Shown here: positions 1 to 12,878 of the stretch, piece by piece
Layout of the letters: the number at the start of each line of letters is the position of its first letter
Numbering within the stretch: position 1 is the first letter of the stretch
Origin: Eukaryota sp. GEM-RC1
Lineage: Eukaryota
NCBI GenBank assembly: GCA_040285855.1
Contig: JAUFOQ010000004.1
Span: 2,108,001 to 2,172,000 of the forward strand
Direction of reading: 5' to 3'
Length of the DNA stretch: 64,000 bases
Notes under the pieces: model-generated
Told to the model about the DNA's origin: nothing
Database searches by the model: none
The model's input: the letters and a program-made list of their open reading frames with translations, nothing else
Made by a program: the position numbers and the translations under genes

Positions 1-119
1 AACAAATGGCAGATCGTTTAACAGAATTAAAAGCATTCTTAAAATCCAAATTGAAAATGCAATTATTTTCAACCGCGTTGAAGAAAACATCAGAAGAAAG
101 GGCAGCCACAGAAGCTCCA

Positions 120-1505
120 TCAATGGTTTAAAAGAAGCTTAACCAAATTGTTGATCTAGATGTAGACAAACAAGTTTCTTTTACTATGCTGCAAGTTTGT
201 CTTGGTGCCGAATTATCTCGTGGTTTCAATTCATTGCGCACAATTTCGTTAGTTATCTGGTTGGTAACAAAGACTCTTCACTTCCTTCTCATTGTTTCAC
301 TTCTACTTCTTTTGGTGGTATTGATTTCACGAAAGCTAAGTACATGCGTGATGGTGCCTTTTTGGGGTCTTTAAAGAAATTTTTGTTTGAATTTCAGAAT
401 CGTTATCCTGTGTTATGGAAAACGAAAGATTTTTCACTCACCTTGTACATGGTTAATTAGTCTTCAAAATTTAATTGATAATCTTGACTCCAATTTGTGG
501 TCAGATTTATTTCCTGTTGGGGTAACAGAAATTCAGCAGAGAAGCATTTTCTCTTTGCCTTTGTGTGTTCGCAAGTTACAGAAGAAGTTTGTTTTGTTTC
601 ACGAAAGCTTGGACTTTAAAAACCGTATTAGCTTGGCTAAGACTAAGAGTCCCGCTTTTTGTGCTTTTTTGAATGATATTTCTTCAAGGGCTGCGTCTTC
701 TTTTGTTTCTCGTTTGCCAAGAAAATTTTGTTTTAATCTTAAGGATCATGAATGGCTTATAAACATGAGACTTAGGTTAGGTTTATGGCCTTCAGGTCTC
801 TTGAAGCATTCTCCATGTCTTTGTGGTCGTTCAAAGGCTTCAAATTTTCATCATTTAGTTAACTGTCATCAATTTATTCATTTTCGATCAATTATTCACA
901 ACAGTATCCGGGATACATGTTTGGATATGTTTAAGGCTAATGGTTTTCATGGAAAAATTGAACCTTTACTTGCTAATCTTTCTGATCAGCCAAAAGTTGA
1001 TAGAAGTCGTGGTGATTTGATTGGTCCTTGGTTATCTTGTCAGGAAATTATCATGGATTTCACGACTGTTGATCCTTGTAATTCAAGATCAATTTCAAAA
1101 AAATTTGATGATGATTTTTCGGCTCTTGAAGTGGCTGAAAAAGGAAAAAATACAACGTACTGTCACTTAATTAACCAATTGAATGTTGACAGGTACAATT
1201 CTTTGTGTTTCAACCTTTTGCGGTGTCGATATACGGGAATATTGGACCAGCTGCACAAGGTTTTTTAACTTCCTTTGGTAAATTGTGTTCTGAGTATGGT
1301 AAAGTTTTCAATGAAAATTTTTGGTTGAGTAGGTTAACGTTTGCGTTGTTTCGTTCAATGCACAGATATTTTAATTCAATTTTAGGTAAGTTGTTCGGTG
1401 ATGGACAGAAGGATCATAGTTTAGATACTTTAGTTAGTGTCTGTTAGTTATTAACTTCTGCAAATGCATTTATGTCACTGACTGATCATAAACCCCGTTT
1501 TTTTT
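120..1505 (+). mobile_element. CRE-like non-LTR retrotransposon, 3' part (family A): post-RT region, CCHC zinc motif, restriction-like endonuclease, 3' UTR ending CCCCG-T8
   Basis: ORFs 387-1268 and 1205-1447 carry CLCG...HHLVNC, the RLE motif RGDL...IMDFTTVDP and FAVSIYGNIG. The same 3' end recurs at 12223, 29070, 42027, 51916 and 58255. The 5' boundary is approximate. Confidence 0.85.
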
Positions 1506-1905
1506 ATTGTGAGTGTAAAGAAAAGACATTGATGTACAAGCCACACTGTTAGCCTTTCTTCCAAACCCAAATATCAGTTTAAATGTTCCTGTGAATTGAA
1601 GCAAATTTCATCTTGAATAATTGAAGACTCAGATGTAGTTTCCCACTAATTGAGAAGTATAAGTCAAAAGTCTATCAATTCCAAATCCAGAGAGTTCCTA
1701 CTAGTATTTGTACTCACGAGCTTTTATGCAGAACACACTTCGTATAATTTAGACCATTTTCATACAATAGCTTGGAAACATTCAACAACAAAAACACCAC
1801 ATCCACCCTTTCGAAATTTACAACACGTTCAGAACACGTTCACACTCAACACCGTGTTCAAACACGCCCGGTGTTTTGTGTACTATGGTTCAGATACTTC
1901 CCAAA

Positions 1906-4900
1906 ATGTCCTTCAGGCTTGACTCATCATCTCTCCTCGTTACTCTGTTTCATGACGGACTCTTTCATGATGTTGAGGTTACTCTCGAAAACCAGCGATT
2001 CCACCTACACAAGGCTATCCTTTCCCGCCTCTCTCCTCGTTTTCATCGGCTGTTTACAAAATACAAGCATGAAGGAACTCAAGAAGTCGATCTATCAGAC
2101 GATACTGATGTCAGCTATGAAGTTCTCAAGACCTTCCTTGGATACTTTTATGGACTTCCGATCACACTGACTCTCGAGTATCTTACTGACATTTCCTTCT
2201 TAGCCAAGTACTTCAAGGTCAGTTGCTTATCTACTGCTTGCTCGACTTTTGCTCTCGACTCCTCTGCAAACATTGTCTCTCTTGATCCTCAAGAAATACT
2301 CTCATCTATTCACACAGAAAGGAACTTCTGTGACTACACCATAAATCATGGTGATCATGCATTCCCTCTCCACAAGTCTGTGTTGGCTTCCTCTTGTGAG
2401 CTCTTCAGCAAGCTTTGGGAGAATGATGACAGCGTTACTCAATACGATCTATTACCCAACAACGTGTCTTCCTCAAATCTTAAACAGTTCCTTTCTTCTC
2501 TGTATGGTCAGGAAATCGAAATTAATCTAGAAAATGCTTATGATTTGTTCTGTATCTGTACAAATCTCATATGTAAGCCTTTCTCCCAGAAAGTTGAAGA
2601 AATAATTACTGAGAATCTTGACCAAACTCAGTGGATATTGACGTTGTTAGAGAAAGCAGATGCAGAGAATAACTGTTCATTGATTACTATTATTGACCCA
2701 TTTGTTCAAAAGTTGAGCTCTTCTAAATCCAAGTTGTCAGCAATTGTGTTGAAACCTTCCACTCTTTTAAACCTTTCTTCTGTAGATATTGATTGGAGAA
2801 TTGAATCTCTAGTTAAGTCCTACTCTAAAACAAAGGAAGTTTACAATTGGAATCCATCACTAATTGAGAGTTTGATTGAGAGTTTCTGTTCTCAGACAAG
2901 TGATCCTGTTAAAGTCTACAGTATTTTAGTTGAACCTTGGGCTGGAGAAGATCTTTTTGTGGAGCTATTACTTAAATATTCAGTATTGTTTCTGAAAAAG
3001 GTTACTGATAATCTTTTTAAGATTCCTGCTGAATGGTTTCCATGGTGTATCTCTGTTGCTGAGAAACTGAATAGTTCTTTACTTGGTGACGTCATTGCAA
3101 TCTGTAATGCATGTCAAAAGGTCATTAATCCTGTTTCGGTTAGACCGTCAACTTTTGATGCTTTTAAAGTAACAAACGTTCAGTGGAAGTTGGAAAGTCT
3201 AATGAAGTCGTATTTTGACCCTCTGATGACGTCATCATGGTCTTACTCTAAATTTGAAACCCTTTTGGTTAATACAATAACCAATTCAATTGTTTTGCCT
3301 TTTGCATATAATGTGGTTGTTAAAAAACTTTACCCGTCTGAAGATTCTACTCGTTCAAATTTTAATTAAATATTCAATTCAACTATTTAAAAAACATTCC
3401 AATTTAAGTTTATTACCTTTTGATTGGTTGACTTTATGTCTTGAATTATCTGTTGATGATCCTAAACATTTTCATTATTTCGCAAGTATCGTTTCTACTG
3501 CTATTAGTAACCAACCTCTGTCCGAAGTGAAAATTCCTCTATTCAAAAGTGAAAACGTGCTTCTACTAACTCATCACGTCTCCAACGACCCAACACTTGT
3601 TCTTTGGATGATTGAAGTCTTTATTAAATCTTGGGTTTCTTTTGGAGTTAAGAACTGGAATGTTTCTACTTTTATTCATGGATTAAAATCTTTGGATATT
3701 TCAAGGATTCGAGGTAAAGATCTTTATAACAAGGTAGTAGTGCCACTTCAAGATGATCTTCAGTTGGCTTCCGAGATCAATCTTTATTCAACTCGATTTC
3801 TTGTTCCAAAACTTATGAATATGGATTCTACCATTGTTTTATTAAATGGAAAACAAAAATGCAAACTTGTTGCTAGGTTGTTCTATGACGATGACGATGT
3901 TTTTGAGTCCATTATTGATGTAACCTCTTTGAATATTTCCATCGACAACCTCACTGACATTTTAGATCATATTAGTTGCCGAACTTCTATCATCAACTCA
4001 GCAAATATATTCAAACTCGCTGATTTCGTAAAATCTGGGTTATTGGTACAGAATTACCTAATTAACACAATGTCTGCTGGATGTATCACCGTTGAACCTA
4101 AAAGGTTTTCCTTTGACTTTTCCAGTCTTTAAAGTGGAATTATCCTCCGTCTATTTCTCTCTGGTTCATACTTTCCTTATCCAAGTCAAGGAAGGAGAGC
4201 AATGACGTGAGATTTACCTCACAGTTTTTAAACCGATGTGTTGATGAGGGTTTAGTTGTTTTGAACGCTAGATTTAAGTATGAATACATGCCTTATTTTT
4301 GGCATTTATTTGTTTTTACCGAATCCCCCAATGTCCTCAAATGTATTCTTTACAACACCAAACTTGGCTTTTATGCTCCCTGGTCATGTTTTCAAAAAAT
4401 TCCGTTAGAAACTCCACTTTTTGGAAACTATGAAACTGGTAGGAAATATTGGTGAAAGACGACGTCTTTGTTGCTTCGTTTATATTTGTTTCCTTGTTAA
4501 TAATAGCGATCAAACACATTTTTGGCAAGAGAATGTGATTCAAGAGTTTGAAAAGCCAACAGAGTTTTCAGATGATTGTATTTGCACTTTTATCAAAAAA
4601 TTACACATTATGGGCAATTTCGATGTCCTTAATGTGCTTCCATTATTTGATATTCTTCCAAAAATTAATCAACATAATGCTATATTAAATTTGGTCTTGT
4701 ATTTACAGAGTCAACATACTGCTTTTTCTTTCGATTTCCTTCTGGAAAAAGCACCTCATGTTCGATCCACTGTCAGCTATTCTGAAACTCTTTTTTTTGC
4801 CAACAGTACAGAGATTTACAGAATTCCTTTAGAGCATTTTGATAGAGTAATTAACTCTCCCCAATTTAAAGTTCAGCATATTCCTTTTTTGGCTCTGTGT

Positions 4901-5949
4901 GTTGCTAAATCACTGATCAATTATACTGATGATACTCTGATTAATGAAGTTTTTCAGAAATTGTCTCAAAAGAAATTTAACCCTTTCAGCCCTTTCCAAA
5001 GTCATTTTACTTTTGTTGATCTAAATCCTTTAATTGGAGTACACTAAGAAGACCCTCAATCTATTTCCTCTTTTTACTACTTTGTCTGTAGTTCAATGGC
5101 CCATTACTCATGAATATCTACGATCTATTGTAGATTGTTTGTTTTTAATTCCTTTAAGTAGCTGGGAACAAGTGAAGTGGGAAGGGTTGGTGTTCAGTCC
5201 ACTGCTTCCTGAAGTGTTTTGGACGTGTTTAAAGCTTCGGATAACTAGCGAAACTGAGGTTACAATTGAAAGAATTAATACTTTGATATCAGCTTTTACT
5301 GGGTCAAAACACGTGTTCCAGGACCGTGTTGGTATTCCCTCTAGTTTGCCTTCTTGCAAAAGAAGACCTTTGACTCTGATGTTTAAGACTGATACTGCAG
5401 TGAACAAGTTTGACCTGACTTTTCAAAGTTTTGCTTTCTACTTGTTTGTTTTGAGATTAATCGATGATTCTTCTGTATTGATCTATTCCCGACCTAACTC
5501 AAGAGTTTCTATTTCTAAAGGCTCTTTGGAATCAAAACCGGAAGATTACAAACTATCGACGTCCTATTACACATGTACTTCATGTTTTTTTCCTGATGGG
5601 CGAGTGGTTACATCTAATGGAACCTTAGAGCGTGAGTTTACGGATAGTTTACGAGCTCATAAACAGTATATGAATAGAATAAGTTTTGAATTGAAAGATG
5701 AGTTCGACTCTTCCAGAATTCTTTTGCTAGTTCTCTCACAATCTATCCAAATTTGTCTTTCGAGGTTAAACCTGTTCATGTGATGGTTCCTTTTAGAAAT
5801 GCACCTGTTCTTCAAGTTGTTCCAATTCTTCCTGAGTCTGACCAAGTGAACTCTTTAGATAGTCCAAGTTTTATTCGCGGATTGGATATATACCGGATAT
5901 CATGAAGAGAATTAACCAGGTGTTGGAAAACAATACCGTTAGTTTTTAG
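1906..5949 (+). CDS. Large tandem BTB/POZ-domain protein (frameshifted in this assembly; C-terminal extent uncertain)
   Basis: Two BTB motifs (FHDVEVTLENQRFHLHKAILSRLSPRF; FCDYTINHGDHAFPLHKSVLASSCELF). Co-oriented overlapping ORFs 1876-3369, 3290-4132, 4207-4455, 4421-5047 and 5034-5783 continue it. Confidence 0.65.
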
Positions 5950-6340
5950 TGTTCTTACCGTTTCAAAAAGAGATTTTATACACATAACTTTATGAAATAC
6001 ATGTTTCCTTTGTCCAGTGCGCCAAAACACAATCCTGATTTACACAAAGAAAACATGTTGCAGTAAACACCTGATATGTGATCACACATTTGCAGCAGAG
6101 TGTGATTTGGAATCCTCATTCTTTCAATGATTTCCAATTCTCCTACTAGCTTCATACTGATTATTTCATTCAGAATAGGAGCTTGATATGAATATGATCG
6201 CAGCTACCTGTAATAACGGTTACAAACATAGATGAGTATCACAGTTTTTAATGAGGTGATTTGTGTGATTGATTTTTGAGACGGTCAAAATGTGATGGTT
6301 TTATTCTAATAGAAATACATATAAACAAACGCTTTGAAAC

Positions 6341-6438
6341 TTTTTTTTTAAACCATTTATTTATTCTAAATGTAATAGACAATAACACTACAGTGTACAT
6401 ACATCTAATAATCAATATCCTCAAAGTCCAGATTGCCT
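6341..6438 (-). mobile_element. 98-bp 5'-truncated retrocopy of CRE-like family B with poly(A) tail and 14-bp TSD
   Basis: Matches the 3' end of the element at 55302-55390 (…DFEDIDY*). T9 on the + strand. AAACGCTTTGAAAC flanks it at 6327-6340 and 6439-6452. Confidence 0.9.
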
Positions 6439-6479
6439 AAACGCTTTGAAACCGCAAAAGAACCACACACACAAGTGGA

Positions 6480-6890
6480 CTTTTGAAGAAGATTATCAGA
6501 TCATTAACCTAGCCTCTAACAAATGTTGATAAACCATTCATGTTTTTTAGGTTGAAACCGTGTCTTTGAGGATAGCAAGTAAATATAGTAGAAGCCTCAT
6601 CACTAGAAATATCGTTCAAAAAAAGCACAAAAAGCGGAACAATCAATTCTAGCTAAGCTAATGTCATTTTTTTAAGTTCAAGTGTTCATCATAGTTGATA
6701 AATTGTTTCTGCAATTTACGGACACTTAGTGGTATGGAGAACAAACTTCTTTGAGGGATTTTAGTAACAGATACTAGTATGGGGGAAAGAGACGCCCATA
6801 TAACAGCAACAAGTTTTTCAATCTGATCTGGCAAATTTGAGCCTATGTATGATTGGAACGAATTAGACACGCATTTTGACACATCCTAAT
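6480..6890 (-). mobile_element. Degenerate CRE-like retrotransposon fragment (family A-related)
   Basis: ORF 6664-6882 QRSLFSIPLSVRKLQKQF parallels QRSIFSLPLCVRKLQKKF in 387-1268. Confidence 0.7.
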
Positions 6891-6959
6891 AGAAAGTTCT
6901 TATTCCTGAGTGCATGTATACAAAATAAACATTTATAAAACAAATAAATAAAACCAAAT

Positions 6960-9900
6960 CTACAAACGGAAGAACATCTTAGCAGCATTCATAGCTAAAT
7001 CAACAACACTAAACTGCTTCAACCTATCCTCCAAAGACTGCTTCAAAGCAACTGCCGAGTCACCCTTATTCTTCAACTCAGTATTTAAATGAGTAATAAC
7101 TGATTGGAAGAAGTGGAGTGAAGCAAAGAGCTCATGTTGATCCAAGACAATCAAAACATAGACCAATCCCAAAGCAAATCCATCATTTACAAACAAACCA
7201 CGTGTAACAGCACGTGATCGACCTTTTCTCATCATGAGCTTTTCTGTTTCGACCTGCATGTGTTCCACATGAGAGAGGATTAGAGCGGGTGCAAGTAAAA
7301 GAAGTTCTTCATGTGAACATTCTTGTCAGATCGAAGTTCAGAGGTGAAAACTTGTGACAAAAGACCAAGATAATTAGAATCTGATGAGAAATTCTCATTT
7401 AGATTTTCAAGACAAGCTCGAAGTAATTGAACTGCCTCTTTCGAAACAGCAGTCAAATTTGATTGATCATCACACGCTTTGAAAAAATCATCAATCTCTT
7501 CTAAATTCGGAATAAATTGAACTGTGTGAGCAGTATGAGACAAAGATCCACTTCTCAACAACCTAACAAATCCCAAAGCATTACCAATTTCACAAATCAA
7601 TTCTCTAAACTTGTCAAAGAAAGAAACACCATCAGGAGTCCTACCCAGAGCTCTAGCATCACGAAGAATAACTTCAGCATCTTTGAGTAAGAATTGAGCT
7701 TCTAGAGTTCCTTTTTCTTGTAGAGTGTTGGTCCAAAGCTTGTTAGCTCGAAGTAAACGTGATTTGATGTGATCGTCGTACAGGAATTGAGAGACTAGCA
7801 ATAACTTCTTAGCTAAAAAGGTGTAAGTAAAGTTGACCGTTGAGTGAACAATACCAATTCCATGACTTCTGATTGAGTTAGAAGCTTGTTCAATGGTAAT
7901 CACATTGACGTTTCTCTTGGCAGTGTCAATCTTTTCGACAAAGTACTGTTGATGAAGGTCGTAGTTGAACTTGCGAACAAAAGCATTCAAATGTCGGACA
8001 ACATTTAAAATATCTAAACCACTGTCGACAGTTCCATAAGGCAAAAAGGAAGGTGTGATCTCTACTCCAAATCGTTGTTGAGCGAAGTTGGCCATTTGAT
8101 TGTAGGTTTTGAAATCATGAAGGGAAATGGCAACTAAGTCGTAAAAGAGCTCAGAAAGATGACGTTCGACTGTCCGCTTTAGATTGAAATCTTCTTCAAA
8201 CACTAAAAGGTCAGAATAATGAGAAAGCACGTCACCAATTGATTGAGTGGAGAAGGCATTCTTCTTCTTTCCATCATGGGAAACCATAGATCGATGACCC
8301 ACTAAAGTAGAGTTCAGAGTGGCGACTCTGATTCTAACAGTTTCCTCAATGATTGTACTGATTGGTTTGGTGATGTGAGTGACTATCGACTGTTTTACAT
8401 CAGTTTTGAGCTCTTCAATCAGTTTTGATCGTTGAGCTTCATTGAGATGAGGAGCTTGTTTCAAAAGGTCAACTGAAGGCTGTAGACCGATCAAAAAGCC
8501 ACGCAGATATTTGATCTTATCCGGAACTAAACAAGCAATCACCGGATCGACAATCTCTCTAACAGATAGTATAAAATCAAGATTAGAAAAACAATCAACA
8601 CACGACATCAAAGTCATAAACGTTCCCAATTTAGCAAGTGCTGATCTCAACTCTCCATAATCAGAAACCTGCTTCGCAATCACATCACTCAAAAACAACG
8701 ACACCACAATCTCCTTTGGTCCTACAATTCCATTCATTACCTTATCTAGAATGAAACTTGCTGCATACAACTCCTCCCTTCCAGCTGGAGGTCTAGCACC
8801 CTTTCCCCTTGCTGACTTTAACACAGGACCAACACAGTTCTCAGCAATGAAGGTTCGAGATAAACCATTGATTGAGAAGTGTAATAGGTAAGAGATACGT
8901 GATGAATGACGACGGAACACGTTTGCTACGACTGAGATGGAGTTGAACAGAGCGGCGGTGAGTGTGAGCACTGTTCTAGGCATTGGTTGGGAAAGGAAAG
9001 GGTATATCAGAATTGAGGTAGTTAGAAAGTTTCTGGCATTGTAGAGGAAACTTATACCCTTGATTATGTCGTTTTCGACACTTTCCAAAAGAGGATCAGA
9101 ATCACGTAACAGGTCAGAAAACTTTTGACCCCATACGGCTATATCAAAATTGAGCTTGTCCATGCACTGTGATAGTAGTGGAGAACTGAAACGGGAAAGA
9201 TGTGACGTGATGATTGTCTGGCATTCCTTGATCGCAGGGTTTGAGTAAGTTTCGTCTTGTGTGAGAGATCTGTAAAGGAAGTGTACAGGCGAGACGGCAC
9301 ACTTTCCGTAAATGTGACACAGGGGGTGGACTTTTGAGCTTCAAGTAATAACTTGACTGACTTGCGTTCATTTTCGAAATCAGTATTGGTGAGTTTTGCT
9401 GATAGGGCAATCAGACACGTGCACGAGAAGAGATCATAGTTGCCGATTGTATCAATTGCTGTTTCAACTGAAATAAACCGGTCAGCGATTGACATCCACG
9501 AAGAATCAAAAAATGATTGTAACGAAACCATGTTTGATGACGTTTCCTCAAGCAAAGCACGTGATATTTTGACCAACTCCGCCAAAAACTTCGAATTCGT
9601 AATATTCAACGATGGAAGATCGAAATTCCTGTTCAAAAACACTAAAAACGACTTTCCTCCCAATACTTCCCCTTCAAACAACGTAATCATCCTAGTTACC
9701 TCCATCAGCTGACTCACAGCTTCTTCTTTGACCTTCTCCTTATCCTCTCCTTCTTGAACTTGCCTATTAAGGAAGAGATAGGGAGTGTTGGAGTGGAGGG
9801 CAAGGGATAGGACCTTTTGATTGAATTGATGTCGTCAGCAACAATGTCATCGACTGAGATGAGCTCGTCAACTGAAGCTAGGATGGACAAGAGCTTTCCT

Positions 9901-10469
9901 AGGAGTCGGTAAGGGTATTTAAGAACAGATTTAGCAACCAGAGGAGCAGCTTTAGGATTGGCTACGAGATTAGCAAGGAACTGAAGAAGGCAGGAAGCGG
10001 TCTCAGTCACTTTCTCAGAGTAAGTGAGAAGCTCTTGGTAGAAAGGAAGGGTACGAGAGAAATCAAGGGCAGCCTCACCTTCTTTGACGTTTGTGCGAGT
10101 GGTTGTCTCGGAAGGAAGACGTTCGATGAGGAGAGAAAGCCGGGGGTAGAAGTAGGTGTGAGCTTTTTGATAGAGAGAGAAGGCAGTATCAGCTAGTTCT
10201 GTGAATTGGATCAGAGGTCTATCCATGGTAATGTAATCGCTGTTGATGAGGTCTTCGTAAGAAATATCTGAAGACTTTGAGTCAGCAAAGGAAACAGACA
10301 GTAAGTTTTGTGTACTAATGGATGGCTTGAAAGAGTGTTCAAAGAGAAGTTTCTCAAACTCGAGTAGTTGTGAGGCGTGTGCTTCCAGAAATACGTTGTA
10401 ATCCTCCTTTTTTAGCTCGCTAGGGACATCATGTACTCCTTCATTAAAGTCTGAATACTCCCAGTCCAT
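6960..10469 (-). CDS. WASHC4: WASH complex subunit 4 (SWIP), split by frameshifts and/or small introns
   Basis: Motifs [65 protein letters not shown] and [17 protein letters not shown]...FASLHFF across ORFs 9714-10490, 9139-9717, 7280-9163 and 6960-7268. ATG at 10469 (MDWEYSDF). Confidence 0.9.
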
Positions 10470-10535
10470 TTTGTAAGGAAGGTTCAACAAAAGTTAATTT
10501 TTGATGAAGAAGTAAACTCTCTTTTCTCCTTACAT

Positions 10536-11027
10536 ATGGTATCTCGCCTCTCAAAGAATCGCAAGAAGCGTGGTCATGTTTCAGCCGGTCATGGTCGTGT
10601 CGGAAAGCACCGTAAGAATCCCGGTGGTTCTGGTAACGCCGGTGGTCAACACCATAAGAGAATCAACTTTAACAAATAGTTTGCTATATCTCAACGTTCA
10701 TTTTAGTCATCCCGGATATTTCGGAAGAAACGGAATGCGTCAAGTAAACCAAAGACCTCACTGGAACCATTGTCCCACTATCAACGTTGAAAAACTCTGG
10801 TCTCTTGTACCTGAGGAAATCAGACAAGTTGCATCATCGGAACAAGTTCCCGTTATTGATTGCACCAAAGCCGTATGATTTCTATCTTCTCATCATAGGG
10901 AATCTTCAAAGTCCTTGGTAAGGGTCTTATCATCAACAAACCAATGGTCGTCAAAGCCAGATTCTTCTCTAAAATTGCTGAAGAAAAAATATTAGCCGCT
11001 GGTGGTGTTTGCCAATTAGAAGAGTAA
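10536..11027 (+). CDS. RPL27A: 60S ribosomal protein L27a (uL15), two tiny introns (10679-10706, 10873-10898)
   Basis: Spliced translation [31 protein letters not shown]...NKY|HPGYFG...[13 protein letters not shown]...[11 protein letters not shown]...[10 protein letters not shown]. Both introns are GT-AG. Confidence 0.96.
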
Positions 11028-11279
11028 TAGGGTTGTTGTTACTGTTCGATCTTGTCTGTTTCAGTCAGATCCTTCAAGACGAATCAAATGACTGGAATAA
11101 ATGTTTGCGATGTCATCATCAAGATTTGTCTATGAATTGAACCAACTAATTCTTGGTTTGTTAGAAGAAAAACGTTAACTCTGACATTGTCTTCTTAACC
11201 ATGTCTTTAGGGTTACTTGGAGTGTTCTCATAATAGTCCAAAACGAGTCATCGCTTTCAACATGCTGTACATTTTTAAG

Positions 11280-11715
11280 CAGAGTGAGCAAACACGCGGT
11301 GTTAAGGATTTTGGCAGCGTGTCAACACGTACTAACACGTGTTGACACGCCAAACACATAGTGACTTCATTTTGGAAGATAAACTTAGTCCCAGGGCTCA
11401 TTAAAACGTGTGTTGTGGTATCGAAATACAGTACAGAGTGTTTATATCATGGAATAGGTCTGTCTCCTCATAAGAAAGTAATTCTTTTGATTTTTGCTAT
11501 ATTTCTGAATATTCGAACCTTTATAAAGGCAGAAATTACCACTTTTTCGAAACATACTGGACTGTGATTGAGATGAGTACTCACAGGCCAATAAAAAGAC
11601 CAAAATAACATCAAAACTTTACGTGTTGAAATACTCCATTTCGGTGTTAAGGATTTTGGCAGCGTGTCAACACGTACTGACACGTGTTAGTGTAAACACG
11701 TGTTTGCTCACTCTG
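11280..11715. mobile_element. Non-autonomous hAT-like element (MITE), 436 bp
   Basis: 17-bp TIR CAGAGTGAGCAAACACG. 8-bp TSD TTTTTAAG at 11272-11279 and 11716-11723. Subterminal ACACG/CGTGT motifs and a ~47-bp direct repeat at 11297 and 11642. Confidence 0.9.
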
Positions 11716-12222
11716 TTTTTAAGTCACCCTATAGTTAGACGTTAGATCAACGATTTATCATCCTATGTTGATCATCAATCTCAATAACTGTTGGATACAC
11801 TTTTAAAAGAATGAAACAGTTGGTCAGCATCATCATTTTTGCAAGGACAGATACTATCACACAATTACGCTCTCCATATGAATCAACAACAACAACTCCT
11901 CCGTTTTGCTTTTATGCGAGCTCAGAACACGTTCGTTGAACGGACGACTTGGGTGAGATGATTGTTCAAGTGTGCTCAGAACTGGTGTTGAGTTAATCAA
12001 TGTCCTAAATAAGGAAATAACATTGCGAACAAAGCCTGACCAAGATGTTTCTTGAGTTTCTGAATTACTTCTATAATCGGTGGATCCAGACTGTGTTGTG
12101 CTAATAATAATGAATAATGAAAGTTCTAAATCTCAGTTGAGTGTGTCTTATTTATAGACCAAAAAACAGTATCCAAAAATATGTTGCAATCTCGTTTGTT
12201 AATACTGATGATAGTCTTTATT

Positions 12223-12250
12223 AAAAAAACGGGGTTTATGATCAATCAGT
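12223..12250 (-). mobile_element. Minimal 3'-terminal fragment of CRE-like family A
   Basis: Reverse complement ACTGATTGATCATAAACCCCGTTTTTTT matches 1477-1505. Confidence 0.7.
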
Positions 12251-12304
12251 CCATGAACAATAAGACAAAATTTGGATCCTGAAATTTCACACCAAAAGCT
12301 CCTC

Positions 12305-12848
12305 ATGTACAAGTTCCATATCAGGGCTTACACAGTGCTGTCGCTAACTATCACATGTTTCGGCATTCTTGCTGGATTTAACGCCCTTTCAATGTTCTGG
12401 TTAAACCAACCAGGCAAGCTTCAAGATTTCTCCATTTCGTCTTCCACGTTTGCTACAACAGTTGTTCCGACCTGATCTCAGACATACACACTCTAACTAT
12501 GGTAAAAATCTTCATTATGCACTTTTCAGTTTCAACCTGACACTCGATCTAACCCCTGAGATCAATTGGAACACAAAACAGGCTTTTGTTTACATTAGAA
12601 TCAATTATCTGTATCACAACAAACCACAAAGCAAGATCATATGGGATACCATCGTGACACGGACAGATAATTGGCATCTACAACTTTCTGAGGATATTGA
12701 CGGCGTGTCCCATTTTCCCTTAGTGTTACACCAACCATCCATGAACAAAGACTTCACTGCATCTGTTCATTGGGATATTTCTCCATACGCAGGGCTTCTT
12801 TATAGACGTAATGCTGACGTTTCCATTCCAGTCTCAGTGAATAAATAA
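12305..12848 (+). CDS. SPCS3: Signal peptidase complex subunit 3 (SPC22/23), one frameshift near 12450-12475
   Basis: N-terminal TM segment, then FNLTLDLTPEINWNTKQAFVYI, IIWDTIV and VHWDISPYAGLL. Confidence 0.85.
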
Positions 12849-12878
12849 GAGAAATATGTAGTAAAAACTAAGCGTTTA

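Noticed and set aside
10570..10878. 102-aa ORF as an independent gene
   Set aside because: Reads through intron 1 into exon 2 of RPL27A.
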